Assembly: GCA_951406725.2 (NCBI GenBank)
Contig: OX597840.1
Location: 23,684,001 to 23,748,000 of the forward strand
DNA length: 64,000 nt
Origin: Octopus vulgaris
Lineage: Eukaryota
Direction of reading: 5' to 3'
Part shown: in pieces, positions 51,706 through 64,000 of the stretch
How the letters are laid out: every line of letters starts with the position of its first letter
Numbering within the stretch: the stretch's first letter is position 1
Translations under genes and position numbers: made by a program
The notes under the pieces: generated by a model
What the model saw: only the letters and a program-made list of their open reading frames with translations
Databases searched by the model: none
Told to the model about the DNA's origin: nothing

Positions 51706-53244
51706 CTAGCAGAGATACCCGGCGTTGCCCGTGGTACATGCAATTGAAGAATTAGACTTTTCTGTTATATTTTCTCTAATGAACTGGAATATCTATGATT
51801 CAAATTTCATCAAAATTGCAGATGAGGGTTCTTACCCTCTGTACACACCCTAAAAAAATTCTGATCTTGACACATGTATCTCATACTACTGATCTTTATA
51901 TACAGAATCCAAAATTCCAGTCTTATGGAACCTGTTAAAAGGATTTTGCTCCTATAAAATGGCTGTCATGGAGCTCTAAAATGTGGGAGTTAAGGCCCCT
52001 ATTGGGGGTGGGTGTTTTAATGCCAACCAGAGAAGTTGAATTGGTGAGAATCTTTTTAACTTGGGTCCTATATGTATTGTTTGAATTTCTTTGAAATAGG
52101 AAATATCTATATGTTCACTGTGTTTGTAAAAGAGAGCAAAGCTACAGGAAACCAAAAGACAAATGATCACAATAAGCAGTCAGTTACCCTACCCTAGTCG
52201 TTACCACTTCCCAATGTAGGATTCCTCACCATACAGGTGACAGGCACGGCCATAAGATGCATTACGAATCTATAGCAATTGGAGGGGCATGACCCAACTG
52301 AAATAAACATTAACAACTGTGTGACGTGAGGGCTAATGGGAAATGAAAGTGTCACCTTTGGAGTTTGCAAATGACCACTATACCGATAGGTAACTGGACA
52401 GAATAAATTTACAATCTACAAATGTCTTTCAATAACCAGTCACTCACCTGGAAATCAATGTTACCATCGGGGGACTATGTGTGGCCCAATGATAATAAAA
52501 AGACTCAAAGGAGGTCCGCAACCAAAAAACTTTACTCAACACTTTGCAACTGAATCAGTGGAGGCAAAGATTCCTCTCATTTACTTGACAATTTATGCAC
52601 CACATCGCAGAAATCACAATCTAAGTATATCTCAAAGCAAACTCTTACACTCTTGTACCATTGAATTTCATGAAATTTTAGAAATGTTACTTCATTTGTG
52701 TCTAAAATCTATGGTTAAAATTTCATCAACAGCAAAAATATATGAATTGTCATGGTGATTATGGCCCTTATGCATAGAATATAATTTCCAAATTTTATAA
52801 AGGTCCATTCAGTACTTTTGACCTAGTTTTGGATCATAAAAAATGACTAAAATTTGGGAGCTAATGCCCCCATTAAGGAGTCTTAGAATCCTCTTAAGAA
52901 GTGGAAACTGAGAATACTTCTTGATGTGTGTCAATTACGCATGGGTAAAATTTCATCAACATCGAAAATTCATGAATTTTCATGGGTTTCCTCCCCCCTT
53001 TAAGCTGTCTCAAATTCAAACCAAACATATTGCATTATACCCACCTTTATGTATTGAATCTAAGTTCCAAATATCATAAGGATTCAGTAATTTTGGCCTA
53101 TGAAATTGTATGAAACACACAGCATTGCCCTTCTCCCTAGGCTTGGATTTTCTGTTCCAAATTTCATTAGGATCGGTGCAGCATTTTTCGAATGTAAAAG
53201 TAACACACGAACACATATAAACACATTGATTTTGATATAATAGA
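51706..53244 (-). mobile_element. Non-autonomous Helitron
   Basis: Minus strand starts A|TCTATTATAT and ends cgggcaacgccggg hairpin...CTAG|T, i.e. insertion between A and T with no TSD. Confidence 0.75.
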
Positions 53245-53749
53245 TATGAATATGTACATTTACATACATGTATATCTGTGTGTGTGTGTGTATATTTTAT
53301 ATATATATATATATATTTACACAAACACACACAAAAGTTGGATTGATAGATACAACTGAGTGGGCAAGCAAAAATATGAGACTTAGCCTAGTGGTTTTTT
53401 ATTATTTTGATAAGCCTGGTACTTATTCTTTCAGTTTCTTCTTGTGAAACCAGTAAGTTATGGGGATGTAAATAAACGAACAGCAGTTGTGAAACATTGA
53501 TGAGGGAGAAACACAGAGACAAAGACACACACATACACTTACATATATACATACATATATATACGATTGGTTTCTTTCAGTTTCTGTCTATAAAATCCAC
53601 CTACAAGTCTTTGGTTGGTCTGTCTGTGTGTTTGTGTGTGTGCATGGGTGTATATATGTATGCATGTATATATGTGTATATATATGTGTGTACATATTAC
53701 ATGTACATCATTATATATACATCTACACATATACATGTATATATCTACA

Positions 53750-53791
<42 letters not shown>

Positions 53792-53901
53792 TATACATAT
53801 ACAGCTATGCATATACATGTATACATAGACTTCTATATATATACATGCATATATATATATACATCTCTCTATATATATAAATTTGTGCAGATGTGTACAT
53901 A

Positions 53902-53968
<67 letters not shown>

Positions 53969-53969
53969 A

Positions 53970-54303
53970 CCCCCTTCAGTCACGACACTGACCAAGGGAT
54001 TGCACCTAGAAAGTTACCCTCCTAGTCACAAGTCTGGGTAAGGTGGTTTATGGAATACCAGCAGTCGCCCATGCATTCCGGCCTCCCCTCTCCATGCTAC
54101 TATTGTTATCCAAGGGAAAGGCAAAGGGGCCAATACAGCTTGGCACCTGTGACATCGCACTCATTTCTACAGCTGAGTTAACTGGAGCAACGTGAAATAA
54201 AGTGTCTTGCTCAAGAACACAACACATAGCCTGGTCCGGGATTCGAGCTCACAACCTCACGATCGTAAGCTCGACGCTCTAACCACTGAGCCATGTGCCT
54301 TCA
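53970..54303 (-). mobile_element. tRNA-derived SINE family C
   Basis: Minus strand: tggctcagtggttagagc (A box) ... gagctcgaatccc (B box), core gtgttcttgagcaagacac. Confidence 0.8.
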
Positions 54304-54362
54304 CATATATATAAGCAATAATAAATCTCTGAACGAAGTATACATAGAGTAGCTGCATGACA

Positions 54363-54471
54363 ATGTGAAGTATATTTGCCACTTAAATGTGGCTAACCCC
54401 TAAGGGTGGATGCTACAGTAGCATCCACCCTTAGTGGTTAGCCACATTTAAGTGGCAAATATACTTCACAT
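54363..54471. repeat. 109-bp near-perfect palindrome
   Basis: 54-bp arms, 1-nt centre (54417), one mismatch. Confidence 0.95.
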
Positions 54472-54523
54472 ATATCATCATCATCATCATCGTTTAGCAT
54501 CCGCTTTCCATGCTAGCATGGGT

Positions 54524-54563
<40 letters not shown>

Positions 54564-54974
54564 ATTATATATGTATGCATGTATGTATGAATACCTGAAA
54601 ATATATACGTGAGATAGTAGTTTCACTTTAATAGTTTCAGTATTAAAGTGAAAGTATCTGACATTACAATAGAGAGATTTTATTGTTTCACTTTTAACAC
54701 GTAATACTGAAATAGTGGAGAAGATATGATATTGCTCTGGGCTCGCACAAGGCAAGAAGTTAAAAATGTGACACTACATGGACCCGAAGTAAGGTATGTG
54801 TAAAATTTGAATGAAATTGGCTGCGTAGTTCTCAAGTTTTGAGGATTCAGACAGACATCTATACATATACATGTATACATATACATATATACAAGTACAT
54901 GTATATATATATATATACATCTACATATATAAATATATATATATATATATACATCTACATATATATATGTGTGT

Positions 54975-55353
54975 GTGTGGTAAGTAGCTTGCTAACCAAC
55001 CACATGGTTCCGGGTTCAGTGCCACTGCGTGGCATCTTGGGCAAGTGTCTTCTGCTATAGCCCCGGGGCGACCAATGCCTTGTGAGTGGATTTGGTAGAC
55101 AGAAACTGAAAGAAGCCTGTCGTATATATGTATAAATATATTTATGTGTGTGTTTGTGTGTCTGTGTTTGTCCCCCTAGCATTGCTTGACAACCGATGCT
55201 GGTGTGTTTACGTCCCCGTCACATAGCGGTTCGGCAAAAGAGACCAATAGAATAAGTACTGGGCTTACAAAGAATAAGTCCCGGGGTCGATTTGCTTGAC
55301 TAAAGGCTGTGCTCCAGCATGTCCGCAGTAAAATGATTGAAACGAGTAAAAGG
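54975..55353 (+). mobile_element. SINE family A
   Basis: Matches 40795-41181. Confidence 0.9.
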
Positions 55354-55649
55354 GTATATACATGAATCTAACTTTAACCAACTCATATACTTGCTATCAA
55401 ACAACATATCTATCGCTAAGTAAATTCTTACGAATAAACTTAAAGTTAAAATCTAATAATTATATAGAAAATTACAATAATTAGATAAATAACGATATAT
55501 ACATAAAAAAAACAATAATATTATACCATAAGACTTATAAATATTAAAATTTAAAGAACTTAAATATAAATATATACTTAGCTTAGCGAGGTTTTGTATA
55601 GTATATATATATATATATATATATACTATACATTTATATTTACATATTT

Positions 55650-55693
<44 letters not shown>

Positions 55694-55771
55694 CATGTAT
55701 TAAATTTTTTTCTATATATATATATATATTTTGTATATATATATATATATATCAAAATACATATATATATA

Positions 55772-56782
55772 ATACTGAATGAGCAATTCAAGAGTGTTTT
55801 CACTCCACCCCTTGGGCATTTCCAAATCAGCAATCCAACTGACATCTTTACCACTGCAGATATAAAATCAGAGGCGGCGACGATAAATTACATCGATATA
55901 AAGGAAGACGATGTAATAAAGGCTATAGATGAGATGAAAACAAACTCAGCTACTGGCCCCGATGGATTCCCGGCAATCCTCCTAAAAGTATGTAAGAGAG
56001 TCCTAGCAAGACCACTGCAGTTCCTCTTTCAGAGCTTCCTTGCAGCTGGCAAACTTCCAAGAAAACTGAAGGAAGGTAAAATATGCCCTATTCATAAAGG
56101 AGGTAGCAGAGCGGAGGCCAAGAACTACAGACCTATCTCTCTGACCTCACACATCAGCAAGGTCATGGAACGAATAGTCAGAAGGAAACTGATCACCTTC
56201 CTTGAAGAAAATGACTTGCTGCCTGACACCCAACATGGTTTCCGACCAGGAAGAAGCTGCTTAACTCAGCTCCTACAACACTATGACTGGGTGCTGAAAC
56301 GACTGCTCAACCACTCAAATGTGGAAGTGATATATCTCGACTTTGCAAAGGCCTTTGATAAAGTCGATCATGGAATGATATGTCACAAACTGCATGATCT
56401 TAGCATAGTTGGAAAACTGGGAGAATGGCTTCATGACTTTCTGAAAGATAGAAGTCAGGTGGTAGTAGCCACTTCCATTAACACGCAAATAGTGAGCGGT
56501 GTTCCGCAGGGCACTGTTTTGGGACCACTACTGTTCATAATGGCCCTCTCAGACATGCCCTCAGCCATGCAGAGAGCCACGATCACAAGTTATGCAGATG
56601 ATACAAAAGTTTCACAGGCAATACAGAACCCTGAGGACACTAAACGCCTGCAATGTGAGCTGGACAAAATATACAAGTGGGCTGAAAAGAATAGCATGCA
56701 GTTCAATGCTGAAAAGTTTCAAGCTTTATACTATCAGCATGCAAAACTAAATGCAATACCCAATGAATACACTGGACCCAGA
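55772..56782 (+). mobile_element. CR1-group LINE internal RT fragment (open frame)
   Basis: SATGPDG, NYRPISL, QHGF, YLDFAKAFDKV, GVPQGTVLGP, SYADD. Truncated at both ends. Confidence 0.92.
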
Positions 56783-56962
56783 GTGAACTTGGCTTACTTC
56801 TGCCTTTATAATGAGAACTTTTGTGCGTTTCTTTTTTAATAACATTAGAAAACTTAGCATATGTTAAAATGAAAAGGGGGGAGAAGTGCAGGCTCCGAAT
56901 TTTGAACCCGGCAGCCTATAAGGCCCAGCAACTAATTTCTCCTTTCTTTGATGATTACTGAA

Positions 56963-58339
56963 AAGTGAAATGGGCTGTTTATGAAGTGATCAGAGTTAAT
57001 GATAAAGAAGCATTGTTACTCGTCTGCCGCCTTTCCACTAACTAATTAAAACTCCCACTTCTCTTCATGGATACTGAATTGCCCTCTAGGATCCATACGT
57101 GCCCACCCTGATGGGCTGAAGAATGACATAGCAGAACAGTGCTATGGTGTCCCAACTAAAATAGCTTTCCTGACCTGCTACAATATTAAATACTGGCAGA
57201 ATCACTAAGATGCCGGATTAATTGCTTAACAGCATTTCGTTCGTAAATAGCTTTGTCAAACTAGAGATAAAAGCAATCAGGAATGGGAGTGTGTCTGTGC
57301 ATTGTTTATTTCTCTTCAATCACTGTGAGGGCGAGTACAATCGATCATTTGAGCATCCAGCTGCCCCTCCCATCTAACCAGGACTCCCTTCTCTGAAGAC
57401 CAGCTTGCTAGCTAGCCCACATCCTTTCGAGGTAAATAAAATAAGCAGTAGAGCACTCGAGTCCCTGAATTTAACTCGTCCCCTTCCTATAAATTTCAGA
57501 CTTTGTACTTAAAAATACAAAAAGAATTATTATTATTATTATCATCAACATTAATATTTTACAAACCCCAAAAAGTAGAGTCGACTCAACAAGCAAAATC
57601 CTGACTCCAAATACATCTTACAATTTCATGAGTCCTTCATTAAAAAAGGGACAATGGTAATTATTCTCCTTCCTCTCGCAGGTGTTACGACCACTCACGG
57701 AAATGGCGACACACGTCTTTGTGAGCAGGGAGGATCTCCTCAGGAGAATCAATAGCTGCAAACCCTCTGAACACCTCACAGTTTGTGTCCGGGTAGAATG
57801 GATATAATTCGCCTCTACCCATCTATAGACAGAGATTTTGTTGTGGGGTGCTTGTAAAAACAAGAACATTACATACGTTGGTGAGACATCTAGAAGCATT
57901 GCAGGGGGATGAAATAAAAATTAGAGGCAGCATGACCACATAACCAGTCCTCCATACTCTACCAAAGGTACTACTCAAGAAGAATGGTCCCGGTGCGCGC
58001 ACTCGTGCTAGTCCGTCGTGACTGGTCGATCCTTCAACGACTACCTTGCGCGAGTATGCAAATTAACAGATGTGCGCATAATAATATATGTATATAATGG
58101 CTGAATATATATAAAATAAAATGGGTTTTGTCTTAAACAAAGTAAATAAAAGACTCAACAAAAGAAATTACTTACTTTGTGTTTTATTTTCTTTGTTTAA
58201 AAAAATTATTTGTTAAAAGTAACCTCAAACATGTCTAGCGCATTCAAAGGTGATTTTTAGTCGCGCACTCGAGTTATGTATTCTTTGTAAGATCGACTAG
58301 TCACGACTAGCTAGCACCGGGACCACGCTTGTAGAAAAG
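56963..58339 (-). repeat. ~1.5-kb dispersed block, copy 3 (with an internal deletion)
   Basis: Reverse complement of 28609-~30087. Confidence 0.92.
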
Positions 58340-58368
58340 AACCCATATATATATATATATGTATATAT

Positions 58369-58430
<62 letters not shown>

Positions 58431-58696
58431 TTGTGTGTGTGTGTGTGTCTTTAATATATTCTCATCACCTAAAGGAAGACAGTATATTTGTAAGGAGTAT
58501 TCATGAATAAGTCTACCTCTGTATATAAATACAGTCTACAACAAGGAACAGCGGAATATTTTTCTTTCTGTGGAATGTATGGAAGAAACATTGCATTTAA
58601 TTGTTATCTGAATGAAGTGACAAAAGTGAAGAGAAATGTATTCATGGAAATAAAAACACTTTATCATTGTGAAGTGTATGATAAGTAATTCACTCA

Positions 58697-59720
<1,024 letters not shown>

Positions 59721-60164
59721 TCACAGAGACGTGTTACTGTCTCAATGTCAACATTTATTAAGTCATAACAATAATTAACACTATTTGGTCTGCTAAAACC
59801 CAGGCTTTTTCCTTTCATCAGTTATAGGAATTTCTTAATAAAGAATAATGAATAAAATATTTATTTTGTGCTTGTTTTTTTTGCTCTATATCTGGACCCT
59901 GTTCCCTTTGTACCTTAAACCTGTCAACTGGCACAAAGTGACATTCCTTCAATACTACCTTCCTCCCTGCCAGTTTTGAGCTATTTTGTCTTGCAGGGTC
60001 CTTGGGGACCCTGTCGGTTTTGTTGTCACATAAAAAAGGAAAAATAACACCCAGTGCACTCTGTAGAAGGGTTGACATTAGGAAATGCATTCTGCAGTTG
60101 AAGGATTAGTGACAGGATGTTGTCTGTTTTAGACGCAGCAGATGATTTTAGCTCAATAGAGGGC

Positions 60165-60342
60165 ATAGGATTGGTTAAAATTCGAAAAATTCATCTACGT
60201 TAAACTTACAAATTACAATTTTCTCAAGAAAGCCAAGAGAAAAAATGTTTTATTTTGACACATTCTACCAGTATACAAAGTTTAAAAGTGTTTAGTTAAC
60301 TAGAAATTGTATTGAAAACTGCCGTTCAAAAGGAAAAGATCC
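60165..60342. mobile_element. Solo arm of the 3934-4703 foldback family
   Basis: Ends tgccgttcaaaaggaaaagatcc. Confidence 0.8.
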
Positions 60343-60659
60343 CATTTTTGTAATTCTTTGTACTGCTATGTCGTTTTCTATGTTCGATCTCAGGATCATA
60401 ATAAAGATTTTGTCACTGTGAGATTTTCTATTTAGCGTTTTCGCTAAACAGAAATATATTCTTACAGGAGAGAAGATATATCAGTGCGAGATCTGTGGCA
60501 AATCATTCCCTCAAATGAGCGCCTTGACACAAAATACAGATATTAACAATAAAGCTAAGGGGGATACTGGAGGGAATACCACCAAGTCAGTAGAACTACC
60601 TAGGAGAGAATTACAGAAATACTATGGAACGAAGGGAAATAACTTTTATAATAGCTCAT

Positions 60660-60830
60660 TCCGGCCATCGATCGGTCAACCACGAAACGGCGCGCTTTCA
60701 CTCTTGATGACGTCATACACTTACTGGCTTCCCGAGTGTGCAAGGTGCTTTGAAATTATCATCATTATTATTAATTAGACTAATTAGTTATCGGTCTGTG
60801 ATTTGCAGTGTTTGTCTGAATACGGTAAGT
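60660..60830 (+). promoter_or_regulatory. Candidate promoter / non-coding first exon (CpG-rich patch, CRE palindrome, splice donor)
   Basis: Local CpG cluster, ATGACGTCAT at 60707-60716, G|GTAAGT at 60825. Confidence 0.4.
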
Positions 60831-61600
60831 TGACAATGATGATAATAATAATACTAATAACAATGTAATTAATAGAATTCTGTGAACTTCTCGGTGTCAC
60901 AGTAATTATTTCGAAGCGAAAACATAAAAACTTTAGGAAAATATATTTCCTCATCTTAAATAATAACTTCCAAACTGAAATGTTGGTTTGTTCTTTCTGA
61001 AAACCTATTATCGGCTGTTAGATGTGATATAGACGAAATTTATTTGTAAAATGAGAAGAAAACGTGATTAACGAGTAAAAACGAACGGAGTAGCGGCATA
61101 ACTACAGATTCATGCCCCACCACTTTGGATGATCGTAACTTTAATTAAATATTCTACGAATATTTGTTATAGTATGTAGATTCGGAATATACAAAACTTT
61201 TGTAGGAAAGTGCTTTTGGTGTGAGGAGTTTTGGAAAATTCAGCGGCGTCAACTTCAATTCTTCTTAACTTTCAAGAAAATAGATGTTATATTTTTAAAT
61301 GATATTTTCTACAAATATACCTCGGACGATATAGATTCCGAGAAGGTAGGAATTTTGTGGGAAAACAATTCGGGGGGTTACTTTTGAGAACCGTTCATTT
61401 ATTTATTTTCTAAAATATTCCTTAATTCTTGCAACCTCTTCACTGGTTCTTGACCATGTCCATTATTGGAGCTGTTTCTTTTTGTTTGTTGCTGTGCATG
61501 TGTCTGTATGCGGCAGCTTGCATGAATATACACGTATGTATATATATGTATTTATGCTTATACATATATATACTACATATATACTATATATATATATACT

Positions 61601-61654
<54 letters not shown>

Positions 61655-61696
61655 TACATAAATATATATATATATATATGACTACATATATACTAC

Positions 61697-64000
61697 ATAG
61701 TCCAAGCGGCTGAGGACGAATGTTTTCCATAGGACCATCAGTGTCTCCTTCTCTTATTGTTCTGAAAGTTTGGAGAAGCCATCCAGCTAGCCGTCTGCAT
61801 TTTATCACCAGATTAGTAATATGCACTTGGAAAGATGCATCATTGCTCATGTCAATGCCCAGGTCACGCACTGATTTTGACTCAGGGATTGCAATTCTTC
61901 CTGGGCCAGTGTATCCAGTCTGCACGTCGTTTACCTTTGTGTGCCAGTAGCGCAGGGCCTGGAACTTACCTGCATTAAACTGCATGTTGTTGTCCTCAGC
62001 CCACCTGTATATTGTGTCCAACTCCTGTTGCAGATGCGCAATATTTTCAGGGTTTTGTATTGCGTGGGAGACTTTTGTGTCATCTGCATAGCTAGCAAGG
62101 GTGGTCATCGTAGCAACTGAAGCCATGTCTTAAAGGGCCACTATGAACATCAGTGGCCCCAAGACAGTGCCCTGTGTGACACCGCTTGCTATTTGTGTTT
62201 CCTTGGAGGTGGCTCCATTGCTCACAACTGCCTGTTTTCTGTCTTTTAGGAAGTTGTGCAGCCACTCTCCAAGTTTTCCGCCTATGCCAAGACCACGCAA
62301 TTTGTGACAGATCATACCATGGTCGACCTTATCAAAGGCTTTTGCAAAGTTGAGATATATTACATCCACATTTGAGCCATTTAGTAGCTGTTTCAACACC
62401 CAGTCATAGTGTTGCAGGAGCTGTGTTAGGCAGCTTCTACCTGGTCGAAATCCATGCTGGGTGTCAGACAGCAAGTCATTTTCTTCAAGGAACATGATTA
62501 GTTTCTTACGGACTATTCATTCCATGACTTTGCTGATGTGTGAGGTCAGAGAGATAGGCCTATAATTTTTAGCATCTGCTCTGCTACCTCCCTTATGGAT
62601 AGGGCATATTACCCTCTCTTTCAATTTCACTGGGAGCTTACCACTTGCAAGAAACCTCTGAAAAAGAAGCTGTAGTGGTTTTGCAAGGGCTCGTTTGCAC
62701 AATGTGAGAAGGATTGCTGGGAATCCATCGGGTCCAGCAGCTGAGTTTGTGTCAATCTCATCTATGGCTAGTGTGATATCATCATCTTCGATGTTGATGT
62801 ACTCAATTTTTGCCTCTTTGGCCGCAGGTAAAGTGGCAAAGAATTCTTCTGGGTTGTTTACTTGCCTGTGTCCTAGAGGTGTAGTGAACACACTTTGGAA
62901 CTGTTCGTTCAGTATTTCACTTATCCTCGTGGGATTTCCTGTGAGAGAGCCATCTTTTTGGAAGAGAGGTCCTATTCTCTGGTGCACTATGGCTGTCTCT
63001 TTGGCAAACTTAAAGAAAGCTTTAGGGTTTGATTTTATATTTTCTATTACCCAAGCTTCTTTATCTGCTCTCTCCTTTTCATGGGACTGATGCAGACTTT
63101 TCTCAATTTCCATTAGCATTCTCTCGAGCTGAGACTTCTCACCACTTTTAGTGTACTTGCTCAGGCGGTTCGCAATCCTTGTCCGGCATCTCATAAGAAT
63201 CTTCCTTTCTCTAGGGATCCTGTTTTTGTTTTTGTGTGTGCTGGCCCTGCACACTGGAACATATTTGTCCCATATGGCTTGTATTATGGACATGAAGTGT
63301 TTGTGTTTTATGTTAATGTCCGGTGTGGAGAGACATTTAGGCCAATCCTGTTTGAGGATCTCTTTCTCAATCAACTTCCAGTTTGCTTTATGAAAGTTTA
63401 AGTTGGAGAGATGGTGGATGCTTCGTATAGGCTGTGTGTCTACGGGGGCTTTTGTTCCATACATAGACAGCTCTATTATGTTGTGATCCGAGATCATTGT
63501 CAGCATCACATTAACATTATGGATAATATCCATATTGTTTGTGAAGCAGAGATCCAGTATATTATCTGCCCTTGTTGGTTGCAGAACTATTTGCTCCATG
63601 GAAGAAGCATTTGTGAGATGGAGCCTGTGCCTGCTGATAGTGTGTCATCCCTGAGAGCATCTGCCCCCAGGCCATTCCACATTGGGGAAGTTAAAGTCAC
63701 CCATGAAGAATACACTGTTGTGTTGTTCAAGGTTGGTGAGGACTTCTTCTATTTTTGTTAGGCAGTCTTCAAACATGCCTGAGTGTTTTGGGGCATCTGG
63801 TGGGTGATATGTAGTGCATATGACGATATTCAGTTGTCTTATGTGTACAATTTGAGTTTCACACGCTGAGTTTGAATATGACAACAGGAACTGGGGTGTG
63901 AAGTCATCTCGGATGTACATTGCAACTCCACCATGGCTCCTCCCTTTTCTATCTGTGCGTATGACTGCATATTGTGGCATGTGTATTTCTGCATCACCTA
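61697..64000 (-). mobile_element. CR1-group LINE ORF2 fragment (endonuclease + RT), disrupted, running off the window
   Basis: EN: RTDR...GGVAMYI, YHPP, MGDFN, ILDL, SDH. RT: GPDG, NYRPISL, AKAFDKV, QGTVLGP, SYADD. Confidence 0.93.

Noticed and set aside
54225-54303. tRNA gene
   Set aside because: The A/B boxes continue into a repeated SINE body and there is no convincing cloverleaf; it is a SINE head.
55649-56839. 396-aa ORF as a host or domesticated RT gene
   Set aside because: The N-terminus is TA-repeat read-through, there is no real start codon, and the body is an internal LINE fragment.

Overview
Eukaryotic, AT-rich and repeat-dominated animal DNA. The SINE/LINE set, the (TA)n/(CA)n load and the 'CDICGKSF' C2H2 arrays suggest an octopus (coleoid cephalopod) genome; this is inference. 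Host-gene content is small: three Mind-bomb (MIB2)-like ankyrin exons (one on -, two on +) and two paralogous single-exon C2H2 zinc-finger arrays, one truncated and one pseudogenised. The rest is mobile DNA: a complete hAT transposon with an intact 713-aa transposase, a complete Penelope-like element with pLTRs, a near full-length CR1-type LINE, a 5'-truncated RTE LINE at the junction of a ~2.2-kb direct duplication, further LINE fragments, three SINE families, foldback MITEs and non-autonomous Helitrons. The main observations are (1) a minimal hammerhead ribozyme with a compensatory U3-A8 core in both Penelope pLTRs; (2) a SINE inserted 2 nt before an exon's splice donor that supplies a replacement GTAAGT donor in the same phase; (3) 8-bp flanks that are reverse-complement matches between three MITE copies, consistent with transposon-driven inversions. 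All calls were made by eye, without database searches.
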